Below, in pieces: positions 20,168 to 29,853 of a stretch of DNA of 64,000 bases. Each line of letters opens with the position of its first letter. The stretch's first letter is position 1. A program made the translations under genes and the position numbers. Origin of the DNA: Nitrospiraceae bacterium (lineage in GTDB: Bacteria; Nitrospirota; Thermodesulfovibrionia; Thermodesulfovibrionales; UBA1546); assembly GCA_021373015.1 (NCBI GenBank), contig JAJFTJ010000007.1, positions 43,135-107,134 on the forward strand. Direction: 5' to 3'. The notes beneath the pieces are model-generated. The model saw only the letters and a program-made list of their open reading frames with translations. It was not told the origin of the DNA and made no database searches.

Positions 20168-20754
20168 TTTTTATCCTCTATTTCCTTGATTGACTCTTCA
20201 AGAAAAGCTGAAAGCTCCTTACTGCTTATCTTGTCTTTGAGCTTTTTTCCTGCAAGCTCCATTGCTATGTCGACAGCTTCAGCTTTTATCGCTGCCTTTG
20301 CTTCTCTGAGTTCATATTCTATGTTAACTTTTGTCTGCTCGAGTATTTTTTCTCTGAGATGTTTGATTTCCTCTATTATCTTTATTTTTTCTTCTTCGCC
20401 GTGCTTTTTTGCTGATGAAATGATCTCTTCTATCTCTTTATCCTTTGTCCTGTATCTTTTTTCGACCTCAGCAAGCGATTTTTCAGCAAGTTCTTTAGCC
20501 TCTTTTGCTTCCCTCAAAGTCCTTTCTATGAGTTCTGTTCTGTTTTTTAAGGATCCTTTAATATCTGCTTTTTTAATAAGAAGAACCAGTAAAGCCACGA
20601 GTATGCTGAAATTGATTACCTTCCACAGGTATTCTTTCCATAATGGAGTGTGTTCAGTTTCTCCGCCTGAGGCGAAGGCAAGTCCTGCAGTAAGCAGAGT
20701 AAAAAAACAGAATGTAATAAAAATGAAATTTCTAATATTTATTTTTGATTTCAT
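20164..20754 (-). CDS. atpF: Fo ATP synthase subunit b
   Basis: N-terminal TM segment followed by a long charged coiled coil (EAKELAEKSLAEVEKRY...). Position in the operon supports the call. Confidence 0.85.
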   Translation of the reverse strand: MKSKINIRNFIFITFCFFTLLTAGLAFASGGETEHTPLWKEYLWKVINFSILVALLVLLIKKADIKGSLKNRTELIERTLREAKEAKELAEKSLAEVEKRYRTKDKEIEEIISSAKKHGEEEKIKIIEEIKHLREKILEQTKVNIEYELREAKAAIKAEAVDIAMELAGKKLKDKISSKELSAFLEESIKEIEDKK

Positions 20755-21170
20755 GCTTTTATCAATTTCCTTACGATTTCATCTGAGAATTTATCAACAT
20801 CGACCCTAAGCGCCTGTTTTGCCTTTTCAGCTTCGGCTTTTAGTTCTGCTCTTGCTTTTTGTAAAATTTCTGCTGCCTCGTTTTCAGCCTTGGAAAATAA
20901 TTTTTTATGTTCGATCAAACCTTCTTCTTTAAGCGACTCAAAAATTTTCATTGCCTTGTGTCTTGCATCAGACAATTCCTTGTTTAGCTTAAGAGATTTT
21001 TGTTCTTGTTTTTGCGCCAGATTTTTTGCGTCAGTCATCGAGCTTTTTATCGTTTTCTCTCTTTCCTTAAAGAGATTGAGAATAGGCTTGAACAGCAGTT
21101 TATTTAAAATCCATATAAGGAAGAGAAAATTTGCAAGCAGAACAAAAAACCAATAATTAAACTCTAACAT
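20751..21170 (-). CDS. Fo ATP synthase subunit b' (second b-type stalk subunit)
   Basis: AGGGGA SD precedes the ATG at 21168-21170 (Met14 of the track ORF). MLEFNYWFFVLLANFLFLIWILNKLLFKPI is followed by a coiled coil. The stop overlaps the atpF start by 4 nt. Confidence 0.8.
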   Translation of the reverse strand: MLEFNYWFFVLLANFLFLIWILNKLLFKPILNLFKEREKTIKSSMTDAKNLAQKQEQKSLKLNKELSDARHKAMKIFESLKEEGLIEHKKLFSKAENEAAEILQKARAELKAEAEKAKQALRVDVDKFSDEIVRKLIKA

Positions 21171-21310
21171 TTTTTCCCCTTTGAAGGTTGAGTGTAAAAA
21201 ATAAAGCAATCGACTTTATCATAGAGAGATTCGCTTTGTCAATATAGATAATGTGCAATATAAGCCTATAAAAAAAGATAATAGGAGATTTGTTCTTGTA
21301 TAATATTTTC

Positions 21311-22438
21311 ATGTTCGTAAAAATGCTTGATTTTATTAAAAAACAGAAACTTTTCAGACAGATAAGAGACATAGATTCTTCTCAGGGTTCACATGTAAAA
21401 ATAAACGGCAGGGAATATATAAATTTTTCATCAAATGATTATCTTGGCCTTTCAAGCAATAAAACTCTTATAAATGCTGCTGAACAGGCCTTCAAAAAAT
21501 ATGGTTTTGGGTCAGGCGCATCAAGACTTCTTTCTGGCGGGACCAGTATTTTCGGAGAACTTGAAAAGAAGATCGCTGAATTCAAATCAACTCAGGCAGC
21601 GCTTGTTTTTAACTCAGGATATGCAGCAAACATCGGGATTATCCCTGCGATTGCAGATGAAAAAGACATAATATTCAGCGATGAATTTAATCATGCAAGC
21701 ATTGTTGACGGATGCAGGTTGAGCAGGGCAGATAAATATATATATAAACATAAGGATATCTATGAACTCGAAAATGCTCTTAAAAAATCCGATGCAGTAA
21801 AAAAAATTGTTGTTACAGATTCCATATTCAGCATGGACGGTGATATAGCCCCGATATCTGATATGTATAATATATGTAAGAAAAACAATGCCATCCTTTA
21901 TATTGATGATGCGCATGCAACCGGTGTTCTTGGAAAAGGCAGAGGATCTCTGGCACATTTTAATCTCAAACCGGATTCATGGATTATACAGATGGGCACT
22001 TTTTCTAAGGCATTGGGTTCATTCGGAGCTTTTGCAGCCGCGAATAATGAGGTGATCGACTGGCTAATCAACAGAGCAAGAAGCTTTGTTTTTTCAACAG
22101 CATTGCCCTCATGCGTTATAGGCGCTTCTATTGCAGCGCTCGAAACAATACAGAAAGAACCCGAGAGAATCAGCATGCTCTGGGCTAACAGAGATATGGC
22201 TGCAAAAGAGATTGAATCGCTTGGTTATGATATCTCAGATAGTGAGACGCCGATAATCCCTCTAAAATTTGATAATGTTGATGATGCGCTTCAAAAATCG
22301 AAGCTTTTTTTTGATAATGGCATACTCGCTCCTGCTATAAGACCGCCCACAGTCAAAAAGCCTATTATAAGAATAACAATTACTGCGGCCCATAGCAGCG
22401 AAGATATTGAGGCTCTAAAAAAAATTCTGTCTTTATGA
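21311..22438 (+). CDS. bioF: 8-amino-7-oxononanoate synthase
   Basis: NFSSNDYLGLS, DDAHATGVLG and a PLP-lysine block GTFSKALGSFGAF. The start is uncertain among TTG 21290, ATG 21311 and ATG 21323. 21311 lies 6 nt after a TATAAT (21299-21304) with no SD. Confidence 0.88.
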   Translation: MFVKMLDFIKKQKLFRQIRDIDSSQGSHVKINGREYINFSSNDYLGLSSNKTLINAAEQAFKKYGFGSGASRLLSGGTSIFGELEKKIAEFKSTQAALVFNSGYAANIGIIPAIADEKDIIFSDEFNHASIVDGCRLSRADKYIYKHKDIYELENALKKSDAVKKIVVTDSIFSMDGDIAPISDMYNICKKNNAILYIDDAHATGVLGKGRGSLAHFNLKPDSWIIQMGTFSKALGSFGAFAAANNEVIDWLINRARSFVFSTALPSCVIGASIAALETIQKEPERISMLWANRDMAAKEIESLGYDISDSETPIIPLKFDNVDDALQKSKLFFDNGILAPAIRPPTVKKPIIRITITAAHSSEDIEALKKILSL

Positions 22439-22450
22439 TATCCTTTTTAT

Positions 22451-23443
22451 ATGCCTGAACTAAGACTTAACCTTATAACAAGAGAATGGGTGATCATAGC
22501 CACTGAGAGGGCAAAAAGGCCTGATGAATTCAGATCTAAAAAAGACAAAAAAATTCTTCCTGAGTTTTCAAAAACCTGTCCGTTTTGTCCTGGCAACGAG
22601 AGCAGGACTCCAGAAAAAGTCATGCAGATAGCTTCTGACGGAAGATGGAAGGTAAGGGTAACCCCCAATAAATTTCCTGCGCTCAGCATTGACGGCGAGA
22701 AAACAAGAATAAATAATTCTCTTAAACATCTTGTCACAGGAGTAGGCAGACATGAAGTTGTAATCGAATCCCCGCTTCATAATATGACGCCTGCATTAAT
22801 GCCGATAGAGGATTTATCAGATGTTGTTAGAGCTTATAAAATGCGTTTTATGGATATATATAATGACCCCAGAATTGAACATGTAATAATCTTTAAAAAT
22901 AATGGATATAACGCAGGAACATCAATTGAACACACGCATTCCCAGATTGTCGGCACTCCTGTTACGCCTCTTCAGGTCAGAGACAGGCTGTATGAAACAG
23001 TAAAATATTTTGATAACACAGGCGAATGCCTGATGTGCGCAACAGCGAAAAACGAGCTTGAAGATAACAAAAGAGTAGTGCTTGATACAAAACATTTTAT
23101 TTCATTCATTCCATACGCTGCGCTTTCTCCGTTTCACACATGGATCTTTCCAAAACAACACAATGCATGTTTTGGTGATATAAATGATGATGAAATAAAA
23201 GATCTCGCATATCATTTGAAAACCATGCTTGCAAAGTTTTACTATGGACTGGAGAATCCTGATTACAATTATGTAATCAGATCTGAAAGCCCCAAGGAAA
23301 GCGGTTCTGAATATTATCACTGGTATCTTAGTATTGTTCCAAGAGTCAGCCAGGTTGCTGGTTTTGAGCTGGGTTCGGGAATGTATATAAATACAGCCCT
23401 TCCTGAAGACAGCGCAGAGTTTTTAAGGAATATAAAGTATTAA
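22451..23443 (+). CDS. GalT-like nucleotidyltransferase/phosphorylase (HIT superfamily), paralogue 2
   Basis: ELRLNLITREWVII, CPFCPGNE, HTHSQ and HWYLSIVPR...GFELG. Confidence 0.8.
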   Translation: MPELRLNLITREWVIIATERAKRPDEFRSKKDKKILPEFSKTCPFCPGNESRTPEKVMQIASDGRWKVRVTPNKFPALSIDGEKTRINNSLKHLVTGVGRHEVVIESPLHNMTPALMPIEDLSDVVRAYKMRFMDIYNDPRIEHVIIFKNNGYNAGTSIEHTHSQIVGTPVTPLQVRDRLYETVKYFDNTGECLMCATAKNELEDNKRVVLDTKHFISFIPYAALSPFHTWIFPKQHNACFGDINDDEIKDLAYHLKTMLAKFYYGLENPDYNYVIRSESPKESGSEYYHWYLSIVPRVSQVAGFELGSGMYINTALPEDSAEFLRNIKY

Positions 23444-24204
23444 ACCTTTAAGCCTTCGAACACTTCAAAAGCTGTTTTAACAGCAGATGAGTCTTCAGTA
23501 AGTTCTGTGATTGGCTTCCCCTGCAGGTCGTATTCAAAAACCTTTTGGTCTTGCGGAATAATTCCCGCAACATCGAGTCCGAGTGATTCGCCGAGTTTTT
23601 TGAGATCCTTACCTTCATTGCTTGTCACTCTATTAATAATAAGAACGTGTTTTTCAACATCAAGGTTTAGTTCTTTGACAAGGTCTGAGATTCTCTTCGC
23701 TGTCTTTATCCCCCTTACGCTTGGATCGCTTACTATGAAAAGCAGATTTACTTTGTGCGTTGTCCTTCTGCTTAAGTGTTCCATCCCGGCCTCATTGTCG
23801 ATCACAACATAAGAATAGGTCTCAGAAAGTTTGTCTGTGTATTTTCTTATTATATTATTCGCTGCACAGTAGCACCCTGGTCCTTCAGGCCTTCCCATGA
23901 CCATAAGATCAAAACCCTTTGCCTCTATCACTGACTGCTGGACCTGATAATCAAAAAGCTGCTCCATTGACATGCCGCCCGGTCTCTCTCCTCCGCTTCT
24001 GACAGTCTGAAGGGATTCTTCACGGAGGCCTCCTATCGTGGCGTGTATATTTACGCCTAATGCTTCATTAAGGCATGCGTTGCTGTCAGCATCAACAGCC
24101 AACACAGATTTTTTCTTTTTTTCGACTATATACTTGACTGCAAGCGCAGCAATGCTTGTCTTTCCTGTTCCGCCTTTTCCTGCAACTGCTATTACAAAAG
24201 CCAT
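23440..24204 (-). CDS. CooC/AcsF-type Ni-insertion ATPase (MinD/ParA fold)
   Basis: Deviant Walker A AGKGGTGKTS and the CooC-type Cys motif GPGCYCAANN. Confidence 0.75.
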   Translation of the reverse strand: MAFVIAVAGKGGTGKTSIAALAVKYIVEKKKKSVLAVDADSNACLNEALGVNIHATIGGLREESLQTVRSGGERPGGMSMEQLFDYQVQQSVIEAKGFDLMVMGRPEGPGCYCAANNIIRKYTDKLSETYSYVVIDNEAGMEHLSRRTTHKVNLLFIVSDPSVRGIKTAKRISDLVKELNLDVEKHVLIINRVTSNEGKDLKKLGESLGLDVAGIIPQDQKVFEYDLQGKPITELTEDSSAVKTAFEVFEGLKV

Positions 24205-24231
24205 ATTCTCCTATGGATTAATTTTTCTATT

Positions 24232-26535
24232 CTACCACAATGTAAAAAGTGCTCTAATGTTTTTTATCTCGCCGCTGAAAGTTTTAGTTTTCTCAAACTG
24301 AAAATCCTTATATGTCTTAACCTCAAGCTGATCATCTCTTGCAGTTATCTTTACGGCTCCGTTTCTGTCTGTTCTTAGAATTTTTACAGCGCTCAGTTTC
24401 TCGACCATTTCCTGATGAGGATGACCGAATGAATTATCTCTTCCTGCGCTTATCACAGCAATTTCAGGCGAAACTGCATTAAGAAAAACATCTGAAGCAG
24501 ATGTCCTGCTGCCGTGGTGCGGAATTTTTATCACGCTGCTTTTTATCCATTTATCGAGATGCGCGATGTCTTCTTCTGCTTCTTCTTCGACATCACCAGT
24601 AAAGATAAAAGATTTGTTTTTTCCTGCAATCCTGATCACGAGCGAACTGTTGTTTTCTTCGTTATATTCGTCACCGTTTAATGTGTAAAATTCCTTATAA
24701 GGGTGGAGAACAAAAATAAAATATCCCTTGCTTTTGTACACATCACCTCTCTGGAGTGTTTTGTGCGTTATGTCTTCTAAAATTTCTTCAGTATAGGAAA
24801 ACCTGCCATTATCCCATATCTCTTTAATCGAAAAATTTCCAGCCAGGTAATTAATGCCTCCAATATGATCAGGATGAGGATGTGTAAGAACAAGCACGTC
24901 AATTGTTTTCCTCCCTTTGTATTTAAGGAATGAAGCTGTTTCTTTTCCTGTCCTGCCTGAATCCATGACAATTATTTTGTTATCAGGAAGCGTTATCACA
25001 GATGAATCGCCCTGACCTACATCAAGATATGTGACACTGACTCCGCTGCTTTTATTGAGAGTTGATATTAATACGAAGACAATTAATATGACTGAAGGGA
25101 TTATAAGCGCATATTTATTTTTCTTTACAAAATAGAATACGGCCCCGGCATAGAATAAGATTACAAGAAAAACAGGGAATGCAGGAATAGCTATGTTAGT
25201 AAAAGGTATGCTCCCTGATTTAAGAACAAGATAAACAGTAAAATCAGCTAACATTCTGTTTAAATCAGTGAAAATGTAATGTTCTGTTATGAGGAATGAG
25301 AATCCTGATATTAGGGATATCGGCAGTAGAACAAAACCGATAAAAGGAGTTATGAACAGATTTGTTGCAGGCGAGATTATAGAAAAATAATGAAAGTGAT
25401 ACGCAACCAGCGAAGCAGTGCCAAGTGATGCAGCAAGGGTGATAAAAACAGTATTTTTGATAATTTCTTTTATGGAACTTTTAGTTTTTATATTCTCATA
25501 CTCATGCTCTATAAAAAATCCTATGAATAAAACGGCAATAAATGAAAGCTGAAAAGAAAGAGTTAAAACAGAATCTGGCTGCCATAGCATTATGACAACT
25601 GCCGCAAATAGCAAAGAATTCAACCAGAATCCTTTTCTTCCTATGAGAAGACCTGCAAGAAAAAGACTGATCATGATAAAGGAGCGCAGAGCTGGAGTGC
25701 TTGTCCCTGATATGCCGAGATATGCAATCATAAATGGAAGACAAAGAAGCGCTGATAACTGGGAGGGGGCAAGATAAACAGTAATCCTCTGCAAAAACCT
25801 ATGGGGAAGCAGGTTTATCAAGAATCTGAAGATGCCAAATAAAAAGACAGAAAAAAGTCCAAAATGTGTCCCTGACACGCTTAATATGTGAGTAAGTCCT
25901 GTTGAGTTGAATGCCTGCTTGAGTTCTTCACTCATGCCAGTTCTCTGCCCTGTTGTTATTGAGGCAATCAACGCACCTGAATCGGGTTTAAAATTTTCAT
26001 ATATGTATTTGTTGAGCTTGCCCCTTGATTTTTGAAGCGATGACCATATAGATATACTTTTAGTAGTATCAGGATATTCGATGATATTTATCAGTCTTGC
26101 ATATAGATTTTCATTTTTTATCATTCCCGGGTTCAGTCTTGTATTGTCTCTGTTTGTTTTTATCAGCAGTTTATAATTTTTACCTACTTCGAATTCATCT
26201 TCAGAAATTAAATTTATACTTATTGAATTTGTCTCAAATTTCTGGATGAATTCTTCAGAATCAACTGAATATGGGGAGAGATTTCTGACAGGCTCTGATA
26301 TAAAAACTCCTGATGCGATAAATTCTTTTCCACTTATGCCTTGCATGTCAATCTCAGGCGAGTATCTGAAAAATGCATATATTATTCCGAACATCAGAAA
26401 AGGTACTAAGAGATATTTCTTTTTATAAACGAGCAGGACTGCTGCTGATATTGTTATGAGACTTGCTGTATAGGGGAAATAGAGAAAGATATAGAACAGG
26501 ACAACTCCGGCAATAAATAAAAGGAAAAAGGGCAT
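24232..26535 (-). CDS. comEC: ComEC/Rec2 DNA-internalisation channel with C-terminal MBL domain
   Basis: 767 aa with many TM helices. Carries LTHILSVSGTHF (ComEC core) and VLVLTHPHPDHIGG ... KIPHHGS (MBL domain). Confidence 0.88.
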   Translation of the reverse strand: MPFFLLFIAGVVLFYIFLYFPYTASLITISAAVLLVYKKKYLLVPFLMFGIIYAFFRYSPEIDMQGISGKEFIASGVFISEPVRNLSPYSVDSEEFIQKFETNSISINLISEDEFEVGKNYKLLIKTNRDNTRLNPGMIKNENLYARLINIIEYPDTTKSISIWSSLQKSRGKLNKYIYENFKPDSGALIASITTGQRTGMSEELKQAFNSTGLTHILSVSGTHFGLFSVFLFGIFRFLINLLPHRFLQRITVYLAPSQLSALLCLPFMIAYLGISGTSTPALRSFIMISLFLAGLLIGRKGFWLNSLLFAAVVIMLWQPDSVLTLSFQLSFIAVLFIGFFIEHEYENIKTKSSIKEIIKNTVFITLAASLGTASLVAYHFHYFSIISPATNLFITPFIGFVLLPISLISGFSFLITEHYIFTDLNRMLADFTVYLVLKSGSIPFTNIAIPAFPVFLVILFYAGAVFYFVKKNKYALIIPSVILIVFVLISTLNKSSGVSVTYLDVGQGDSSVITLPDNKIIVMDSGRTGKETASFLKYKGRKTIDVLVLTHPHPDHIGGINYLAGNFSIKEIWDNGRFSYTEEILEDITHKTLQRGDVYKSKGYFIFVLHPYKEFYTLNGDEYNEENNSSLVIRIAGKNKSFIFTGDVEEEAEEDIAHLDKWIKSSVIKIPHHGSRTSASDVFLNAVSPEIAVISAGRDNSFGHPHQEMVEKLSAVKILRTDRNGAVKITARDDQLEVKTYKDFQFEKTKTFSGEIKNIRALFTLW

Positions 26536-26559
26536 TGTATTTTTAAAATTAAATGGCCA

Positions 26560-27912
26560 TCAATCATCAACCATTTTCTTTTTGATAACCTTTGATATTT
26601 CTGCTGCAAGCTCTTTTATAAGATGTTTGTCCCTGCCTTCTACCATGACTCTTATTTTTGGTTCTGTTCCTGACGGTCTGACAAGAATCCTTCCTTTGTT
26701 ACAGAGTTTCCCTTCGGCATTTTTTATCGCTGCCTCGATCTCAGGGATTGTTCTTATGTCTTTTCTTTTTTCAACTTCCACATTCATCAATATCTGTGGA
26801 TAAAGCTTGATCTCCGATACAAGTTTTGATAAAGGTTCGCCTCTGTTTACCATCACGTAAAGAAGCTGTAATGCTGTTATAGGGCCGTCTCCTGTTGTGT
26901 TATAGTCAGAAAAAATTATATGGCCTGACTGCTCTCCTCCAAAGTTATATCCGTCTGCACGCATTTTTTCAGCAACAAATCTGTCTCCAACCTTAGTGCG
27001 TATAAATTTTATGTTTTTTTTCATTAAATAATGCTCAACGCCCAGATTACTCATCACAGTGGAGACAACAGTATCTCCTTTGAGCTTACTTTCTTCTTTC
27101 AATTCAACAGCGCATATGCCCATAATCTGGTCGCCATCAATGATATTTCCTTTTTCATCGCAGAACATTGCCCTGTCTGCATCGCCGTCATGAGCTATAC
27201 CAACATCTGCTTTGTGTTCTCTTACTGCTTTCTGCAATCCTTCAAGGTGCATTGCGCCGCAGTCCTCATTTATATTTATTCCATCAGGTCTGTCATTTAT
27301 AACAACAACTTCTGCCCCGAGTTCGCGCAGTACCCACGGTGTTACCTTGTAGGCTGCGCCGTTTGCGCAGTCTACAACAGCTTTGATGCCTTCAAGCGTA
27401 ACACCCCTTGGTATTGTTGCTTTTATGTATTCAATGTATCTTCCTGTTGCATCATCAAGCCTGAATGCTTTTCCAATATGATCCCCTGATGTTCTTTTTT
27501 CTCCAAGCTTATCATCTATAACCATCTCTTCTATTTTTCTTTCGAGTTCATCATCTAGCTTGAATCCGTCAGATGAGAAGAATTTTATCCCGTTATCTGT
27601 GTAAGGATTGTGTGACGCTGATATTACAATGCCTGCGTCAAGTCTTAATGCCCTTGTGAGAAATGCAATGCCGGGAGTAGGAATAGGGCCGACCAGAGTT
27701 ACATTCATTCCCATTGAGCAGATGCCTGATGTTAGCGCGCTCTCTATCATATAGCCCGAGAGTCTTGTATCTTTTCCTATCAATACAGTATTTCTGCTGT
27801 GTTCTTTTTTAAGAACCTTTGCAGCAGCCATTCCGATCTTGAGAACATTCTCAGGAGTCATAGGATGTTTATTGACTCTGCCTCTTATTCCGTCTGTACC
27901 GAATAATTTCAT
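26560..27912 (-). CDS. glmM: Phosphoglucosamine mutase
   Basis: MKLFGTDGIRG, phospho-Ser loop ISASHNPYTDNGIKF, DGDADR and GGEQSGH. Confidence 0.95.
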   Translation of the reverse strand: MKLFGTDGIRGRVNKHPMTPENVLKIGMAAAKVLKKEHSRNTVLIGKDTRLSGYMIESALTSGICSMGMNVTLVGPIPTPGIAFLTRALRLDAGIVISASHNPYTDNGIKFFSSDGFKLDDELERKIEEMVIDDKLGEKRTSGDHIGKAFRLDDATGRYIEYIKATIPRGVTLEGIKAVVDCANGAAYKVTPWVLRELGAEVVVINDRPDGININEDCGAMHLEGLQKAVREHKADVGIAHDGDADRAMFCDEKGNIIDGDQIMGICAVELKEESKLKGDTVVSTVMSNLGVEHYLMKKNIKFIRTKVGDRFVAEKMRADGYNFGGEQSGHIIFSDYNTTGDGPITALQLLYVMVNRGEPLSKLVSEIKLYPQILMNVEVEKRKDIRTIPEIEAAIKNAEGKLCNKGRILVRPSGTEPKIRVMVEGRDKHLIKELAAEISKVIKKKMVDD

Positions 27913-27918
27913 CTTGTT

Positions 27919-28563
27919 TTATTTTTTCCTTTCCTTTAAAACAATCTTTATACGGACATCCTGCTTTACTCTTATGTTTCTACCATTGGTTTCAAGCCTG
28001 ATCTCCTTAGTAAATGTCCTGCTTGAGCCGGTAATATCAACAGGTTCTGTCCTGATGGATGTCATGCCATTTATCTCTGAACTAACACCTTCTATAGTAA
28101 CTTCTTTAGGCGAGACCTCTATTGATTTCACAATAAATTTTGGATCAGGGGTTCCTGTTACAACAGGTATTACAAGAACTTTTGCAGTTGCAGTCTCTTC
28201 GATATCAATTGTTATGGACGAAGGGCTTATGCTTAATACATGCATTGTAGAAGGAAGTTTAACATCGTCTTTGTTTATAAAATAAGCGCTTCTTCCTTTT
28301 TTGGCTTTTCCTAAATCTATATAAACGTTTATATCAGCTGGTTTTGCATTTTTTAGAAATATTTCCTGCCCTCTTATAGTCAGGCTCACTGATTTTGTAT
28401 TTTGCTTTACGCACTCAAGTCCCTGTGGTATGTTCTTCAATTCGATAGGCACATCAATTGCAATCTCTGATTGCCCCTTTGATACAACAAAGAACCATAG
28501 GATTATTGCCATGCTGACAGCCAGTATCTTTAGTCCGAGATTTTCTATAAAGATTTTTTTCAT
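27919..28563 (-). CDS. cdaR: YbbR-domain protein (CdaR-like regulator of CdaA)
   Basis: N-terminal TM, then repeated YbbR-like beta modules. Its position between cdaA and glmM supports the call, and its start overlaps the cdaA stop by 4 nt. Confidence 0.75.
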   Translation of the reverse strand: MKKIFIENLGLKILAVSMAIILWFFVVSKGQSEIAIDVPIELKNIPQGLECVKQNTKSVSLTIRGQEIFLKNAKPADINVYIDLGKAKKGRSAYFINKDDVKLPSTMHVLSISPSSITIDIEETATAKVLVIPVVTGTPDPKFIVKSIEVSPKEVTIEGVSSEINGMTSIRTEPVDITGSSRTFTKEIRLETNGRNIRVKQDVRIKIVLKERKK

Positions 28564-29327
28564 TTTGCTTTCTTCTTTGTTGTTGTAAACAAATCTGTAA
28601 GCGCAGTTCTCAATGTTGCCATATTAAAATTAGTCTGAAGCTTTCCTTCTGTTGCAACTGATATGTTCCCTGTTTCCTCAGAAACAATAATCACAACAGC
28701 ATCTGTTTCCTCTGTTACGCCAAGTGCTGCCCTGTGCCTTGTGCCCATTGTTTTTTCAGCTTCTGTTTTCAATGCTATTGGCAGAAAACAGCCTGCAGCG
28801 AGAATCCTGTTACCATTGATTACTACCGCACCGTCGTGTATCGGAGAACTGGGATGAAATATGCTCAATAGTATCTCTTTTGTAACTTTTGCATCCAGGG
28901 GCGTTCCTATTTCAACAAAATCTCCAAGACTTGTATCGCGTTCTATTGCAATCAAGGCTCCAACTTTTCTATTTGCAAGAGCAACAGCAGCCTTGACTAT
29001 TTCTTCAAGTGATTTTAATTCTTCAGCAGATGTGAATGAATGTATGAACGAAGCCTTGCCCATCTGTGCAAGCGCCCGTCTTATTTCGGGTTGGAATAAG
29101 ACTATCAATGCAATTACAATCTGAGCCCAGAAACTCTGAATCAACCAATCTATTGTATACATGCCTACTGCGCTTGACAGCAGAGACGCAAGCAGCAGCA
29201 CGCCCAGACCAATCAGCATCTGCACTGCTTTTGTACCTTTTATAAATAAAAGCAGACGATAAATCAGGATAGACACTATAAGTATGTCTAAAATATCCTG
29301 CCATCTTATCTGTCTTAACATTTCCAT
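28560..29327 (-). CDS. cdaA: Diadenylate cyclase CdaA (membrane-anchored DAC domain)
   Basis: Three N-terminal TM helices. DAC motifs DGAVVI and GTRHRAALG. Confidence 0.92.
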   Translation of the reverse strand: MEMLRQIRWQDILDILIVSILIYRLLLFIKGTKAVQMLIGLGVLLLASLLSSAVGMYTIDWLIQSFWAQIVIALIVLFQPEIRRALAQMGKASFIHSFTSAEELKSLEEIVKAAVALANRKVGALIAIERDTSLGDFVEIGTPLDAKVTKEILLSIFHPSSPIHDGAVVINGNRILAAGCFLPIALKTEAEKTMGTRHRAALGVTEETDAVVIIVSEETGNISVATEGKLQTNFNMATLRTALTDLFTTTKKKAK

Positions 29328-29331
29328 TTTG

Positions 29332-29832
29332 TTATACTCGTTTTTTGAGCCATTTCTTTGGATTGATTATATGATGTCTGCCATTGCCGTCCGAATAAAC
29401 AACCTTTGCTATCTTTGCGTTGAGTATCATCCTCTTGCACATCATGCAGGGTTCTGATATGCATTCTGAACCGTGGTCTTCAGCTCCTGATACATATATT
29501 GTTGCCCCGTTTAATTCATGGACTGATGCACGGATGATTGAATTTGCCTCGGCATGAACACTATGGCATAGCTCATATCTTTCGCCATGCGGTATCTGCA
29601 GCTTTTTCCTTGTGCATTTACCTGCTTCCATGCAGTCTTTCATTCCAGCGGGCGCACCGTTGTATCCGGTGCTGACTATAATATTGTCTTTTGTTATTAC
29701 AGCGCCGTACTTTCTTCTTAGACATGTAGCCCTTGATGAAACAGCTTTAGCAATATTAATAAAATACTCGTCCCAGCTTGGGCGCTTGCATTTAACGGAT
29801 TTTTCTTTTGCTTTTCTCTTTGTTTTAGGCAT
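29332..29832 (-). CDS. comEB: dCMP deaminase (ComEB family)
   Basis: SVHAEANSI and PCMMCKRMI zinc motifs. There is a Lys/Arg-rich N-terminal tail. Confidence 0.88.
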   Translation of the reverse strand: MPKTKRKAKEKSVKCKRPSWDEYFINIAKAVSSRATCLRRKYGAVITKDNIIVSTGYNGAPAGMKDCMEAGKCTRKKLQIPHGERYELCHSVHAEANSIIRASVHELNGATIYVSGAEDHGSECISEPCMMCKRMILNAKIAKVVYSDGNGRHHIINPKKWLKKRV

Positions 29833-29853
29833 AATCTTCAGATGATTTTTATA

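Noticed and set aside
20159-20809. 216-aa + strand ORF rich in Ser, Phe and Leu.
   Set aside because: It is entirely antisense to atpF and the atpH start. Its low-complexity composition is what the complement of a Lys/Glu-rich coiled-coil gene produces. It is a shadow ORF.
21210-21310. A BirA operator (inverted TGTAAAC-type dyad) was looked for upstream of bioF, since birA is in the window.
   Set aside because: Only weak partial symmetry was found (TGTAAA ... TTTATCA). This is not convincing without comparative data.
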